In this document: positions 35,769-45,290 of the stretch, piece after piece | Numbering within the stretch: position 1 is the stretch's first letter | How the letters are laid out: every line of letters begins with the position of its first letter | Source of the DNA: Acidimicrobiales bacterium | GTDB taxonomy: Bacteria; Actinomycetota; Acidimicrobiia; Acidimicrobiales; JACDCH01 | Direction of reading: 5' to 3' | NCBI GenBank assembly: GCA_051000215.1 | Contig: JBPCON010000038.1 | Span: 3,797 to 67,796 of the forward strand | Length of the DNA stretch: 64,000 bases | The notes under the pieces: generated by a model | Databases searched by the model: none | The model's input: the letters and a program-made list of their open reading frames with translations, nothing else | Told to the model about the DNA's origin: nothing | Translations under genes and position numbers: made by a program

Positions 35769-36928
35769 CGACCGAGCGCCTCAGCGTGCACCGCAGCGGT
35801 CTGCGCAGCGACGCGCGACCACCGAAAGTGCTCCTGATGGATCGCCCCGGCAGCAATCAGCGCCGCTCGGTGGTCGGGATCGCCGGCCACCGCCGCGATG
35901 GCGGCACTCCATGCGTCGTCGTCGGTCGGGTCGAGCAGGATCCCGGCTCGGCCCATCACCTCCGGCAGCGCCCCGGAAGCGCTGGCGATCGCGGGCACGC
36001 CGGCTGCCATCGCCTCGAGGGGCGTGAGCCCGAAGCCTTCGTCCCGCGAGGGGTGCACCAGGGCAAGGGCAGCGCCGACGAGAGCGGGGAGATCGCCCCC
36101 CGGCACGTAGCCAGCGAGCTCGACGCGTCCGTCGAGGCCGAGTTGGTTGATCTCGGTCACGACCTCCTGGGCACCGACGCCTCGGGGTCCGGCTATGAGC
36201 AGCGCTCGGCTACCGAAGAGACCGGGGTCGAGCTTTGCGAGCGCGCGGAGCACGACGCTGAGGTTCTTGCGCCGCGCGACCTGTCCGACGGCCAACAGGT
36301 AGCGGCCGGGTTCCACGCGGTGGCGCGCGCAGACTTCGGCGATCGTCGCAGCGTCCATCCGCGTCCGGAACTCGTCGCCGACAGCGAGCTGCACGACGCG
36401 GATTCGACTGCGCTCGATGCCGGCCTCCTCGACGAGCTGGGCGGCTCCATGCTCCGCGTCGGCGATCACGAGCCGGGCGTGGTCGCGGGCGTGCGCGATG
36501 CCACGGCCGAAGAGCCACGACTCACGCCTCGGGTACCACGCGCGGTGCTGGAGCGGCATGAGGTCGTGGATGGTCGTGACCAACGGTGCTCGCGTCGGGG
36601 TGGCAGTCCACGGGTGCAGCGCGTGCACGAGGTCGGGGCGGGCGATGAGGCCGTCGATGCGAGGGCGTCCGACGATCGCCCACGCAGCCGCGAGCGCCTT
36701 GCGGGATCCAGGGACCTGGCGCCGCTCCATCTCGGGCGGCAGCCACGTGGGGTTCTCACGTTCGCGGGTGCTGGCGATCACATAGCGCTGAGGGAATCGT
36801 CCGGCCGCCAAGCTCGTTGCGAGCTCGATGTAGTAGCGGCCGACGCCTGTCGCGGAGGGCGAGGAGAATCGGTGGGCGAGCAGGGCAACGACCGGGAGCG
36901 TGACCGCGCTGGCGTCGCTCAGGGTCAT
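35765..36928 (-). CDS. Glycosyltransferase family 4
   Basis: TGVGRY, TIHDL, RRKNL, HPSRDEGFGLTPLEAMAAGVP. Confidence 0.92.
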   Translation of the reverse strand: MTLSDASAVTLPVVALLAHRFSSPSATGVGRYYIELATSLAAGRFPQRYVIASTRERENPTWLPPEMERRQVPGSRKALAAAWAIVGRPRIDGLIARPDLVHALHPWTATPTRAPLVTTIHDLMPLQHRAWYPRRESWLFGRGIAHARDHARLVIADAEHGAAQLVEEAGIERSRIRVVQLAVGDEFRTRMDAATIAEVCARHRVEPGRYLLAVGQVARRKNLSVVLRALAKLDPGLFGSRALLIAGPRGVGAQEVVTEINQLGLDGRVELAGYVPGGDLPALVGAALALVHPSRDEGFGLTPLEAMAAGVPAIASASGALPEVMGRAGILLDPTDDDAWSAAIAAVAGDPDHRAALIAAGAIHQEHFRWSRVAAQTAAVHAEALGR

Positions 36929-38097
36929 GCGTGCGCCGGGTCGCCTGCGTAGGCGGCGGCGAAGGCGTCGGCGAGACCATCGGTGGTGTAGCGGCGATCC
37001 GCGACGAGGTCGAACGCCGCTTTGCGCAGTCGATCTGCCGCAGCATCGTCGGTGAGGATCCGCACGAGCGCTGCCGCAAGGGCAGGGGGGTCTTCGGGAG
37101 CGACGAGGAGCCCCGTCTCGTCGTCGTGGACGAGGTCGCGGACGCCGCCGACATCGGTTGCGACCACGGCGACGCCCGCTGCCATCGCTTCGAGGATGGC
37201 GAGCGGCAGGATCTCGCTTCGCTCCCTCGCCGCCTGGACGTAGCACCGGCTGGCGCCGACGATGGTCTCGGGCCGCTCCACGAAGCCAACGAGCTCGAGA
37301 GCGTCGCTGATGCCGAGCCGGCTGGCCTGATCCTCCAGGTCAGCGCCGAGGTGCTCGAAGCCCTGTTGTGCCTCGCCGATGATCCGCAGGCAGGCGTCGG
37401 GCACCGACGCCCGGACGATGGCCAAAGCGTCGAGGAGCACATCGAGGCCCTTGTCGGGATGCAGGCGAGCGGTCGAGGAGATGACGGGCCGAGTCTGAAG
37501 CGGTACCGGTTCGACCCGGCGCGCGTGTTCGGGTACGACGTTCGCGATCGCGCGGAGAGACCGAGCGCGGCGGAGGTCGGGCATTTGGCGGAGCACCGCC
37601 ATGCTCGGCACGACAACCTCGTGGGCAAGGCGACAACCGAGGAGGTTCAGGGGCTTCGAGGCATGCATCGCCTGCACGTGCCAAACAAGGCGTGCGCCCG
37701 CAGCGCGCGCAGGCAGGGCGGCGAGGATGAGGCCGCGTTGATCGACGACGTGCACCACATCGGGGTGCCGCCTGCGCAGCTCGAGGGTGAGGCGTAGCCA
37801 CCACCAGGGCAACAGCGCAGCCGCGGCAAGGAGGTGGTGGCGTGTGGTCGTGCGCCCGTACCGTGCCAGCGAGGCTGGCGGCCTCAGGATGGTGACTTCC
37901 AGCCCGCCTGCCACTAGGCGTCTCGTGAACGGGCCGTCGGCGGGCACGACCACGGAGACGGCCCAGCCCCGCGCCGGCATCGCCTGTGCGAGAAGGTGAG
38001 CGGTCCGTTGCGCCCCGCCGTAGACGTGAGGGTACGCATCGAAGAGCACGACCGTGTGCGGCGGCGGCGCCTCGGTTCGCGCCGGGCCGTCGCTCAC
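36925..38097 (-). CDS. Glycosyltransferase family 4
   Basis: YGGAQR, RLHPDKGLDVL, SEILPLAILEAMAAGVAVVATDVGG. Confidence 0.92.
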   Translation of the reverse strand: MSDGPARTEAPPPHTVVLFDAYPHVYGGAQRTAHLLAQAMPARGWAVSVVVPADGPFTRRLVAGGLEVTILRPPASLARYGRTTTRHHLLAAAALLPWWWLRLTLELRRRHPDVVHVVDQRGLILAALPARAAGARLVWHVQAMHASKPLNLLGCRLAHEVVVPSMAVLRQMPDLRRARSLRAIANVVPEHARRVEPVPLQTRPVISSTARLHPDKGLDVLLDALAIVRASVPDACLRIIGEAQQGFEHLGADLEDQASRLGISDALELVGFVERPETIVGASRCYVQAARERSEILPLAILEAMAAGVAVVATDVGGVRDLVHDDETGLLVAPEDPPALAAALVRILTDDAAADRLRKAAFDLVADRRYTTDGLADAFAAAYAGDPAHA

Positions 38098-38227
38098 CCC
38101 CGCACTGTAGCGAGGGCCGAGGTCTCCGCTCGGTCGCCGCCACGCCGCCGGAGCCCGAAGATGACCAGGTTATTCTCGCTCCCATGCTGCGCTCGATGGA
38201 CGGTGATGGGGCGCGGCAGCGGTCTCC

Positions 38228-39445
38228 ATGAGCGGCGGCGTCTTGTGGGTGACAGCCGAAGTGCCCGACCGCGAAGGGGGCGGCGGCAACCAGCGCCAGG
38301 CGTACCTGCTCCAGGCGCTGGCCGACCTCGTGCCGGTCGACCTCCTCGTTGTCGGTCAACCGCGTGACAAGGGTGTCACCGACGCCGTGAGGCGGCTCGT
38401 CGCGATCCCGAGGCCAGAGCCTGAGCCCCGAAGCCGGATGCGCGGGCGCACGCACGCAGCCGTTTCGGCATGGGTGCATCGCACGCCGCTCGACGTCGAC
38501 GAGCAGACTCCGTTGCGCAACCTCCTCGGCGTCGAACTGCGCACGATGAGCACCGATGTTGACGCTGTCCTCGTGCATCACCAGTCGCTCGGGCCGCTCC
38601 TGACCGGGCCCCGCCGAGGCCGGGCCCGGTGGGTTGCGAGCTTCTTCCATGCCGCCGGCGTTCGCTCGGAGCAGGCTGCGGCCGTCGAGACCCGTGCGCT
38701 GCAGCGGGCGTTGCTTCGCCGCGACGGCGCGAACTCGGCACGGTTCGAGCGTCAGATCATCGATGTCTCCGACGCCCTCGTGGTCATCACGTCTGAGGAC
38801 GCCGAAAGACTGCGCCGCTCAGGCACCCCGGTCCACGTCGTACCGATGGGCATCGACCTCGATGCGTTCCGGCCGGGCCCACTGCCTCCGGAGCCGACCG
38901 TTCTCCTGACCGGATCGTTCGACTATCCGCCGAACGTCGATGGCGCAGTTTGGTTCGCATCAGCCGTCTGGCCCAGGGTGCGAGCCGAGGTGCACGACGC
39001 GAAGCTGCTCGTTGTCGGGCGACAGCCCGCAGCGGTCGTGGCAGCGCTCGACGGACACGATGGCATCGAGGTGCACCCGGACGTGCCGGCGATAGCCCCA
39101 TGGCTCGCCCGAGCTCGGGTCTCGGTCGTACCGATGCGGGTGGGTACCGGCGTTCGGGTGAAGGCCATCCAGTCGCTTGCTGCCGGATGCCCGGTGGTCG
39201 GCACGCCGATCGGCATGGAGGGCCTAGGGCTCGGCCCCCACGAAGCGTGCATCACGGCTGAGCCGGGCTGCTTCGCTGAAGGCGTGATTGCTCTTCTGCG
39301 CGATGACGCGCTGGCCGAAGCACGCCGCGCCGCCGGGCGGCGCCACGCCGAGCGGCAGTGCTCGTGGGCGCACTCGGGCGCGTTGCTGAAGTCGGCCCTC
39401 CTCGGCGCGCCTGGCCCGAACACGCTCGGCGGCCGGTCGTGCTGA
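38228..39445 (+). CDS. Glycosyltransferase family 4 (GT4_4-like)
   Basis: GGGNQR, GSFDYPPNVDGAVWF, GTGVRVKAIQSLAAGCPVVGT. Confidence 0.88.
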   Translation: MSGGVLWVTAEVPDREGGGGNQRQAYLLQALADLVPVDLLVVGQPRDKGVTDAVRRLVAIPRPEPEPRSRMRGRTHAAVSAWVHRTPLDVDEQTPLRNLLGVELRTMSTDVDAVLVHHQSLGPLLTGPRRGRARWVASFFHAAGVRSEQAAAVETRALQRALLRRDGANSARFERQIIDVSDALVVITSEDAERLRRSGTPVHVVPMGIDLDAFRPGPLPPEPTVLLTGSFDYPPNVDGAVWFASAVWPRVRAEVHDAKLLVVGRQPAAVVAALDGHDGIEVHPDVPAIAPWLARARVSVVPMRVGTGVRVKAIQSLAAGCPVVGTPIGMEGLGLGPHEACITAEPGCFAEGVIALLRDDALAEARRAAGRRHAERQCSWAHSGALLKSALLGAPGPNTLGGRSC

Positions 39446-40320
39446 GCGCCGTCGTTTGCACGCGCGACAGGGCGCAGTTGCTCGAGGGCTGTTTGCGCTC
39501 GCTCGAGGCCGATCTGCCGCGCGGGGGGCAGCTCATCGTGGTCGCCCATGGCGGAGCCGACGCGGCCGGGGAGATCGAGGCCCTCGATGTTGGCGCGAAC
39601 GTGCTGTGCGAGGCGCTGGGAGGCAAGAGTCGCCAACTCAACGTGGGTCTCGACGCTTCGGCGCACGACATAGTCGTTCTGACCGATGACGATTGTCGGG
39701 TCGAGCCCGGGTGGCTCGAAGCGATGGCGGCGCCCTTCGAAGATCGCAAGGTTGGCGCGGTGTTCGGCTACGTCGCAGGCCTCTCCGGGGTGCGCGGCGC
39801 GGAGTACGACCGCGTGGCTCCGGGCCCAGCGCCGCCGAACACGTGGCTCTACGCGAACGGCGCATCGATGGCGGTGCGCCGCCGAGCAGTCATCGAGATC
39901 GGCGGGTTCGACGAGCGGCTCGGCCCCGGTGCGCCGGCGCACGGCGAAGAGCACGATCTGGTGTTGCGACTCGAGGACGCCGGCTGGCTCGTGCGCATCG
40001 CCGACGCGCCGAAGGTTCGACATCTCGAGTGGCGTGACGAGGCCGAGACGCGCCACAACCTCCTCGTGTATTCGCGTGGCGCTGGCGCTTTCCTCGGCGC
40101 TGCGTTGCGCCGTTCCCCCCGTCGTGCGGCCCGCATGGCCCTCCGGCGAGCTCGTTACCAATGGGCATTGTGGGGGTTTGCAACGACGGAGGGGTGGGCG
40201 TTCGGCCCGGCGACGACATGGGCGTTCTTGTGCGGCATCGTGTACGGCGTTCGGCTCTCGCCGCGCCGATTCCTGTGCCCTCAGCCGCCCGACCCGAGCT
40301 GGGGGACAGAGGAGCCGTAG
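39439..40320 (+). CDS. Glycosyltransferase family 2
   Basis: VVCTRDR, VLTDDD (DxD), GASMAVRR, GGFDERLG, GEEHDL. Confidence 0.88.
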   Translation: MLSAVVCTRDRAQLLEGCLRSLEADLPRGGQLIVVAHGGADAAGEIEALDVGANVLCEALGGKSRQLNVGLDASAHDIVVLTDDDCRVEPGWLEAMAAPFEDRKVGAVFGYVAGLSGVRGAEYDRVAPGPAPPNTWLYANGASMAVRRRAVIEIGGFDERLGPGAPAHGEEHDLVLRLEDAGWLVRIADAPKVRHLEWRDEAETRHNLLVYSRGAGAFLGAALRRSPRRAARMALRRARYQWALWGFATTEGWAFGPATTWAFLCGIVYGVRLSPRRFLCPQPPDPSWGTEEP

Positions 40321-40994
40321 CCGTAGCCGACTTCCTCTGCCGGCACCTTGTTCATGATCACGCCGAGCAACCTCGTGCGGTTCTGAATGAGCGCGTCCTT
40401 CGCTCGTTGTGCCGTCCCCACCTCGGTGTGGCGAGCCTCCACGACCAGGATGGCACCTGCGGCCATGCGACCGATCTCGAGGGTGTCGGCGATCGGCAGC
40501 ACCGGCGGGCTGTCGATGAGCACGACGTCGGCCTGGGCCGACAACGCGTCGAGCAGCCGCTTCGTACGCTCGGCAGTGAGCAACTCGGTCGGGTTGTTCA
40601 CAGAAGGGCCAGTGGCGAGGAGGTACAGGCCCTGACCCTCTTCGTCTCCGTCGCTCAGGCTGACGTACTGCAGACACTCGGCAAGCGGCTTGCGGTCGAG
40701 CAAGAAGTTGGTGACGCCGAACTCGTTGTGCGCGCCGAAGCCCCTGTGCAGCGACGGCTGACGCAGGTCGAAGTCGACGGCCACGATTCGCTGGCCGATC
40801 GAAGCCAGCGACGCAGCGAGACCGGTGCACGCGGTGGTCTTCCCCTCGCCTGCCTGAGCACTCGTGATGACGACGACCGGGTTGGCCAAGTCGGAGAGCG
40901 CCACGAGCACGTTCGTACGCAAGACGCGAAACGCCTCGTCGGCCGCGACTGCTCTGGCGGTGGGGGGCTCCCCCCGGCGACTGAGCCTAGGCAC
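40281..40994 (-). CDS. CpsD/CapB-family bacterial tyrosine kinase
   Basis: EAFRVLRTN, Walker A SAQAGEGKTT, DFDLRQP, LIDSPP, C-terminal GYGYG tyrosine cluster. Confidence 0.92.
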   Translation of the reverse strand: MPRLSRRGEPPTARAVAADEAFRVLRTNVLVALSDLANPVVVITSAQAGEGKTTACTGLAASLASIGQRIVAVDFDLRQPSLHRGFGAHNEFGVTNFLLDRKPLAECLQYVSLSDGDEEGQGLYLLATGPSVNNPTELLTAERTKRLLDALSAQADVVLIDSPPVLPIADTLEIGRMAAGAILVVEARHTEVGTAQRAKDALIQNRTRLLGVIMNKVPAEEVGYGYGSSVPQLGSGG

Positions 40995-41697
40995 CGGCGA
41001 GGCGAGGGTCGATCGGGATGGCGCCGAGCACCGGTAGCTGCAACCGCTGTTGGGCGTCGTCCGTGCTCTTGATCGTGAGGTCGAGGTACTCGAGGAGCAC
41101 GACGACGCCGACCGCGACGATCAGCCCGAACATCGCAGCGAGCAGAAGGTTGCGAAACAGGCTGCTCGGCTCTGGCGTCGTCGGAAGGACAGCGTGCTCG
41201 TAGACCGACACGGGTGCCGGCGTCTTGCTGGCGTCGGTCCCCGTCGATTGCTGGCGTTCCTGCTCGTTGATCAGATCGACGAAGCCGTCGGCCACCGCGT
41301 TCGCCAAGGCAGCGGCCGTCGCTGGGTCATGGTCGACGACCTGCACCGTGATCAGTTGCGTACCGACCTCGGCCGTGGCCGCGATCTCCCGTTGCGCATC
41401 CTCGACCGAGAGCGCCACGTTGGTCCTCGCGAGGGCCTTCTCGGCCACTGTTCGCGTCGAGATCATGTGCGAGAAGCTGTTCGCGAGGAAGCCGAGGCCG
41501 TAAGAGAGGTCACCCGAGACGTTGCCGGTGTTGCGATTCAGATCGATCGTGCGAGAGCCGACATAGAGGGACGAGGTAGCGGTGTAGTTCGAACCGCGAG
41601 GCGTGATGAGGTACCCGGCGAGAAGGGTCGCGGCGATCGTGACGAGGACGAGCAGGCGGCGGCGCCGCAGGATTCTGAGGTAGTTGCGGAGTTCGAT
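40987..41697 (-). CDS. Wzz/CpsC-like polysaccharide co-polymerase (kinase activator); apparent ATC start codon
   Basis: IELRNYLRILRRRRLLVLV + TM1, YTATSSLYV, TM2 and YLDLTIKS...LQLPVLGAIP; no in-frame ATG/GTG/TTG before 41466; GAGGT SD 8 nt upstream of the ATC at 41697. Confidence 0.8.
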   Translation of the reverse strand: MELRNYLRILRRRRLLVLVTIAATLLAGYLITPRGSNYTATSSLYVGSRTIDLNRNTGNVSGDLSYGLGFLANSFSHMISTRTVAEKALARTNVALSVEDAQREIAATAEVGTQLITVQVVDHDPATAAALANAVADGFVDLINEQERQQSTGTDASKTPAPVSVYEHAVLPTTPEPSSLFRNLLLAAMFGLIVAVGVVVLLEYLDLTIKSTDDAQQRLQLPVLGAIPIDPRLAGA

Positions 41698-41806
41698 GGT
41701 GAGGAACCTCGTGCTGTCCGCCGGGGGGCGGAGACGGTCGGATGTTTGGATGGCGTGCAGCGCGCCCGCGTCCGCGGACCGGCGACAATCCTGTCATAGT
41801 CGGCCC

Positions 41807-43387
41807 ATGGATACGCGAGCGGGCACCCCTGCTCGGGGGCTGGTCGGTCGCGGGCAGCGCGCCAAGAAAGATCGGAGGGTTCACCCTCGTTGGCCGTGGA
41901 TGATCCCGGTCTTGGCCGCGCTCATCGTGTTGTCCTTGCCGACCCTCTTGGTGAAGGTCATCGCGGTCGCCATCGGACTCGGCGTCGTCGTGGCAGCCGC
42001 CCGGCGCCCGCAGCGCGCGTTGGCCGGCTTGATCGTGCTGGTGCCGTTTCAGGCCCAAATCTTCTCCGGCATCTACAGCCTCGGCGTCCCGCCCGAGCTG
42101 GTCGGCCCGCTCGCGCAGTGGAAGGAGATCGCGGTCGTAGGCGTGCTCGTGGCCGGAATTCGGCGGGCCAGACGAGAGCACCATCACATCGACCGCCTCG
42201 ACGCTGCCGGGCTTCTCTATGTCGGTCTGGGGACGCTGTACATGCTGTTCCCCAACCTCATCCTCCAGCACACGGTCGGCTCTGATCTCGATTTCAGCAC
42301 CAGGCTGCTCGGATGGCGAACCGATGTGTTGTACATCGCGCTCCTCCTCGCCTGCCGGCACCTCCGTTTGTCGCGGGAGGTGGTTGCGCGCCTCGTGAAG
42401 ATCTTCTTGACGACCGCGACGGTGATCGCCGCGATCGCGTTCTTCGAGTTCATGTTCCCGGCGACGTGGAACTCGTTCATGATCGAGCGACTGCAGCTTG
42501 ATCGGTACAAGCTCGAGGTCTTGCACATCGACCCGCTCAGCGATCGCTACCTGTACGACGTGCGCGTCTACACGTCGGTGGCCGGGAGCCAGGTGCTCAG
42601 GGTCGGCTCGGTGATGCTGCAGTACTACGCCCTCGGCTTCTACATGGTGGGGGCGATCGCCGTTCTTGCCGACCGAGTGGTGCGTGGTCTCCTCGGCCCG
42701 CGCGTGTACGTCGCGCTCACCCTCGCCGGTGGTGCGCTTCTGCTCACCCAGACCCGCAGCGCGATCCTCGCGGCGCTCGTCGTGTTGTTCCTCACCCTCT
42801 TGCGTCGCTCCGGCTCCGGCCAGCGGGCCGCCGACGCGAGAATGAGGTTCTCCATCGTCCTCGGCGCTCTCGTGGTCGTCGCCATACCTGCTGCGCTCGC
42901 GATGGGGCTCGTCGCCCGCTTCAACGGCAAGGACGATGTCTCCTCGAACGACGGGCACAGCACCCGCTCATCGGAGGGCTACGCGATCCTCGTCGAGAAC
43001 CCGCTCGGGCTCGGCTTGGCGACCTCGGCCGGCGCCGGCCAGCGCTCTGCCGTGAAGGGGTACGTGAACACCGAGACGCAGTACCTGGAGATCGGGGTGC
43101 AGCTCGGAGTAGCCGGACTCGTACTCTGGCTCGCAACGGTGATCGGTACCATCGTCGCTCTCGGGCGAGCGGTGGCCCGTGCGCCGAACGGGTTCGACAC
43201 CGGTCTCGCGACAGCGACGCGCTCAGCGCTCATCGGCTTGTTCGCCGCGGGCGTCGTCTTCCAGACCTACATCGACTTCAGCGTGTGCTGGAGCATCTGG
43301 CCCCTCGCCGGGCTCGCGCTCGGCATGACCGAGACGGCGAAGTTCGCCGACGCGTCAGGTGGCGAACTCGTGCACCCGGCCGGGTGA
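41807..43387 (+). CDS. O-antigen ligase / Wzy polymerase family membrane protein
   Basis: Many TM segments, LLLTQTRSAILA, DDVSSNDGH, NPLGLG, ETQYLEIGVQLGVAGL. Confidence 0.75.
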   Translation: MDTRAGTPARGLVGRGQRAKKDRRVHPRWPWMIPVLAALIVLSLPTLLVKVIAVAIGLGVVVAAARRPQRALAGLIVLVPFQAQIFSGIYSLGVPPELVGPLAQWKEIAVVGVLVAGIRRARREHHHIDRLDAAGLLYVGLGTLYMLFPNLILQHTVGSDLDFSTRLLGWRTDVLYIALLLACRHLRLSREVVARLVKIFLTTATVIAAIAFFEFMFPATWNSFMIERLQLDRYKLEVLHIDPLSDRYLYDVRVYTSVAGSQVLRVGSVMLQYYALGFYMVGAIAVLADRVVRGLLGPRVYVALTLAGGALLLTQTRSAILAALVVLFLTLLRRSGSGQRAADARMRFSIVLGALVVVAIPAALAMGLVARFNGKDDVSSNDGHSTRSSEGYAILVENPLGLGLATSAGAGQRSAVKGYVNTETQYLEIGVQLGVAGLVLWLATVIGTIVALGRAVARAPNGFDTGLATATRSALIGLFAAGVVFQTYIDFSVCWSIWPLAGLALGMTETAKFADASGGELVHPAG

Positions 43388-44325
43388 GCGGACCCGATCC
43401 CGAGATCAGCGTCGTCGCCCCGACCTACCGGCGTCCGGATCGACTGCGCCGGCTGGTGGCTGCGCTCGGCGTGCAGGATCTCGAGCCCGAGCGCTGGGAG
43501 CTGATCGTCGTCGACGATGCGTCGCCCGATGAGACGGGTGAGGTCCTCGATGACCTCGCCCGTGCGAGTCGAGGAGCTTTCCGAGCGGTCCACCGCGCTG
43601 TCAACGGCGGCCCGGCCGCCGCGCGCAACGAGGGCGCCCGATGCGCCCGGGCTGGGGTTGTGGCTTTCGTCGACGACGACTGCGTCCCCGAGCCCGGATG
43701 GGCGCGAGCGATGGCCGGCGCGTTCGCCCGCAACCCGCGACTCGGTGTGGTGCAGGGGCTCACGCGCCGTCCTGAAGAGCCCCTCGGTCCGTGGACGCTG
43801 TATCGCGAGATCACGTGGGAGTCACCTTGGTTCGAGGGGTGCAACATCGCCTACCGGCGCGACCTGTTGCTCGCGACAGGTGGGTTCGACGAGAGCATCG
43901 GGTGGTACGGCGAGGACACCAGCGCCGGCTGGAAGGTGCTCGACACAGGCGCGGAACGCGACTTCGAGCCCAACGCGGTCGTGACCCACGACCTCGAGGA
44001 GCGCGGCCTCGGATGGCGCGTGCGTCATGGTTGGCTCGAGCGCAACCTGGTCGAGCTCGCTGCCAGGCATCCCGGGCTCCGTGCGTCGGCGTTCTGGCGG
44101 CCGTGGGCGTTCCGGCGCGAGAGCGTCGCGTTCCCGATCGCGGTCCTCGGTCTCCTCGCCGCCGTCCGCCGTCCGAGCGCAGCGCTCCTGGCACTGCCGT
44201 ACGTGTTGCTCCGTCGACGCTCGTTCCGGCGTCCCCAAGACGCGCTTGGCGTCGTCGCCATCGATGCCGCGCAGCTCGTCGGGCACCTCGATGCTTCGCT
44301 GCGCCATGGCACGCTGGTGCTGTGA
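43384..44325 (+). CDS. Glycosyltransferase family 2
   Basis: VVAPTYRR, VVDDAS, FVDDD, EGCNIAY, GGFDE, GED. Confidence 0.9.
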   Translation: MSGPDPEISVVAPTYRRPDRLRRLVAALGVQDLEPERWELIVVDDASPDETGEVLDDLARASRGAFRAVHRAVNGGPAAARNEGARCARAGVVAFVDDDCVPEPGWARAMAGAFARNPRLGVVQGLTRRPEEPLGPWTLYREITWESPWFEGCNIAYRRDLLLATGGFDESIGWYGEDTSAGWKVLDTGAERDFEPNAVVTHDLEERGLGWRVRHGWLERNLVELAARHPGLRASAFWRPWAFRRESVAFPIAVLGLLAAVRRPSAALLALPYVLLRRRSFRRPQDALGVVAIDAAQLVGHLDASLRHGTLVL

Positions 44326-45290
44326 GCTCGAGCACGTTGCGCCCGCCTGACATCGCGGTCGTCGTCCCGACCTACCGGCGCGCGAAGAACCTCCCGCGCC
44401 TGGTGGCGGCGCTCGAGAACCAGACGCTTCCCCTCGATCGGTTCGAGGTCGTCATCGTCGACAATGGCTCGAACGACGAGACCGGGTCCGTCCTCGCGCA
44501 ACTGGCAGCCACCACGTCGATGCGGCTCCGTCCGCTGCACATAACGGACAACAACGGCCCCGCCAGGGCGCGCAACCTCGGCTGGCGATCGACTCAGACG
44601 AACTACGTCGCCTTCACCGACGACGATTGCGTGCCGCGCCCCGACTGGCTCGAGCAGGCGCTGACCGCCACCACGGCCACACCGGATCTGGCAGTGCTCC
44701 AGGGGGCCACCCTCCGTCCTGTCCGAGCTCAGCGCTACGGGCCCAACACCGTGTACCGCGAGACGCTCGCGCCCTCGCCGTACTTCGAGGGGTGCAACCT
44801 GGTGTACCCGAGGGCCGTGCTCGAGCGGACGGGCGGCTTCGACGAGACCTACCACTTCGGTGGCGAGGACACGGCGGCAGGCTGGTCAGCGATCGAGACA
44901 GGCGGCAGATGGCTGTTCGACGAGACCTGCGCCGTCGAGCACGACATCGTCGAGCGTCCCCTCCGGTGGCACCTCATGATGGCGTGGCGAGAGGGCAACC
45001 TCGTCGACGTCGCCGTGCGCCATCCGGCGCTTCGGCGTCGCGGGTTCTGGCGGCCCTGGGCGCACCGGCGGCGCAACGTGGCCTTCGCGGTCGGTGTCTG
45101 TGGAACAGCGCTCGCGCTGCGCCGACCCGTGGCGCTCATCGCATGGTTGCCGTGGGTGTGGGAACAACGACCGGCCGTGCGCAAGCCCGGCGAGTTCGTC
45201 ACAGCACTCGTCCGGCGCTTCTTGAACGACAGCGTCGTGTTCGCCGCGATGGCACGCGCCTCGATCCGCAACCGCACCATCGTGTTGTGA
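44322..45290 (+). CDS. Glycosyltransferase family 2 (tandem paralog of 43384..44325)
   Basis: VVVPTYRR, IVDNGS, FTDDD, EGCNLVY, GGFDE, GED. Confidence 0.9.
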   Translation: MSSSTLRPPDIAVVVPTYRRAKNLPRLVAALENQTLPLDRFEVVIVDNGSNDETGSVLAQLAATTSMRLRPLHITDNNGPARARNLGWRSTQTNYVAFTDDDCVPRPDWLEQALTATTATPDLAVLQGATLRPVRAQRYGPNTVYRETLAPSPYFEGCNLVYPRAVLERTGGFDETYHFGGEDTAAGWSAIETGGRWLFDETCAVEHDIVERPLRWHLMMAWREGNLVDVAVRHPALRRRGFWRPWAHRRRNVAFAVGVCGTALALRRPVALIAWLPWVWEQRPAVRKPGEFVTALVRRFLNDSVVFAAMARASIRNRTIVL

